DNA of 37,929 bases from Candidatus Hodarchaeota archaeon (GTDB lineage: Archaea > Asgardarchaeota > Heimdallarchaeia > Hodarchaeales > Hodarchaeaceae): assembly GCA_016839785.1 (NCBI GenBank), contig JAEOTQ010000203.1, positions 1 to 37,929 of the forward strand, in the 5' to 3' direction. Each line of letters opens with the position of its first letter. Position 1 is the first letter of the stretch. Shown piece by piece: positions 36,769-37,929 of the stretch. The position numbers and the translations under genes were made by a program. The notes under the pieces were generated by a model. That model saw nothing but the letters and a program-made list of their open reading frames with translations, was not told the origin of the DNA and did not search any database.

Positions 36769-37929
36769 TTACCATAATTCAATACTTTGGCCAATCAATA
36801 ATCCAAAAAGTAACCCAGCAATGGTGGTAAAGGTAGTGACCAGCAATACAAAAACAGAATTTCTTTTGTCCCCTAGGTATTTTCGAGTCACAAGAATGCT
36901 TTGAATTGATAACTCTGGATCAGCTAAGAGATAAGCCAAAAGTGGGCCACGTGCCATCCCAAGTTCTAAGAAGATTTTTGCAATTGGGACTTCCATTAAT
37001 GTGGGGAAATACATAAACACTCCAAATAAGACTCCTGTGAGATTTGCTACTACTGTATTGCGCCCAACAATATCAGCAATGAGATCGGGGGGAACAAAAT
37101 ATTTTATGAAACCCGCAATAACCACACCAGTTATTACCAGAGGAAAAATTGATTTTACGAAAAAACAGGTTTCTGTAAACCAACTATCAAGTTCTTCAGA
37201 ATTAAATTCTTGTCTAGTAAATCTAACAAGTCCAATGATTACAATAACTGATAATATTAACTTTGCAAACATATTGGATATACTAGGATCAATTTCTATC
37301 CCAGAGATCTGAATATCTGAACTAAAATAAGCGATTTGGGATGTACCCGTCATTAATATATATATTAACCATAAAAAAAGAACAATTTCACGATTCTTTA
37401 TCTTAGAGGTTAATATTACAAGTATAACGAATCCAAGTACAAATATTAACGTCTGGATTATTGATGGATTCTCCGCAAAAAAAACAAGTACCGAGACAGA
37501 CGAAAAATAGCTTTCGACAATGAGATCTATCATGAAAGCATCGAGTACAGCAAGAAGAACTGATAGTATACCAAAAATTATTATCAGAATTATGGTAGTA
37601 ACATGAATCTTTGTACTAGATTGTTCATCACTTAGGACCTCAGAGTCAACTTCCGAATTCGGAGTTCTAGCGAGAGATGATTCATTACCAAAAAATTTAG
37701 CCATAATTAATCCAATGGATACTGCAAAAACTATTGCTAATATGGCTCGGGCAACAGCAATATCCATTCCTATTAAAGTACCAGTATAAGTTAGTGCTAG
37801 GATATTAATTGCCGGAGCAACAAAGAGAAAAGTTATTGCAGGACCTAGGCCTACTCCTTTTTTCCAGATTCCAACAAATAATGGTAAAACAGTGCAACTA
37901 CAGACAGCAAGTAAAAACCCAGCGGCTGT
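36769..37929 (-). CDS. ArsP/DUF318 family permease (5' end outside window)
   Basis: The frame is open to the window edge, adding TAAGFLLAVCSCTVLPLFVGIWKKGVGLGPAITFLFVAPAINIL. Also 'FMYFPTLMEVPI', 'GM.RGPLLAYLLADPELS'. Confidence 0.9.
   Translation of the reverse strand, partial: TAAGFLLAVCSCTVLPLFVGIWKKGVGLGPAITFLFVAPAINILALTYTGTLIGMDIAVARAILAIVFAVSIGLIMAKFFGNESSLARTPNSEVDSEVLSDEQSSTKIHVTTIILIIIFGILSVLLAVLDAFMIDLIVESYFSSVSVLVFFAENPSIIQTLIFVLGFVILVILTSKIKNREIVLFLWLIYILMTGTSQIAYFSSDIQISGIEIDPSISNMFAKLILSVIVIIGLVRFTRQEFNSEELDSWFTETCFFVKSIFPLVITGVVIAGFIKYFVPPDLIADIVGRNTVVANLTGVLFGVFMYFPTLMEVPIAKIFLELGMARGPLLAYLLADPELSIQSILVTRKYLGDKRNSVFVLLVTTFTTIAGLLFGLLIGQSIELW

Noticed and set aside
641-37312. 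Numerous short antisense or overlapping ORFs in the track (e.g. 641-862, 2925-3203, 3926-4186, 13003-13383, 23760-24008, 37001-37312)
   Set aside because: They lie inside well-supported genes on the opposite strand or in another frame and have no motifs; they are shadow ORFs.
1-37929. Mobile element, prophage or defence island
   Set aside because: No transposase, integrase, terminal repeats, phage structural genes or recognisable defence genes; content is ordinary chromosomal.

Overview
A gene-dense, AT-rich archaeal chromosomal window, most likely from an Asgard archaeon (Heimdallarchaeia/Hodarchaeales-like). That assignment is an inference from an archaeal-type glutamyl-tRNA synthetase, a stand-alone Ras/Rab-like small GTPase and a Thr-rich surface protein with a PGF-CTERM-like tail. 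It holds about 37 CDSs. Housekeeping genes: tmk, surE, gltX, slyD-type PPIase, ogt, bacterial-type ribA. Metabolic genes: MeaB GTPase, propionate/acetate-CoA ligase, GH1 glucosidase, Ldh_2 dehydrogenase, FAD/NAD(P)H oxidoreductase, double-CDGSH Fe-S protein, Gfo/Idh/MocA. Transporters: two ABC-2 exporter modules, two MFS, ArsB/NhaD-like, AEC, ArsP-like. I saw no rRNA, tRNA, CRISPR array, transposase or prophage. The most interesting signals are: (i) a yxlE-F-G-like exporter operon with a 21-bp-phased palindrome array upstream and a membrane-tethered wHTH regulator beside it; (ii) an ABC module in which both the permease and the divergent regulator are internally duplicated; (iii) a collapsed leuC/leuD-type remnant; (iv) a small GTPase with about 50 extra residues between G1 and G3; and (v) several unannotated short or stop-interrupted ORFs. 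All calls come from motif recognition by eye; no searches were run.
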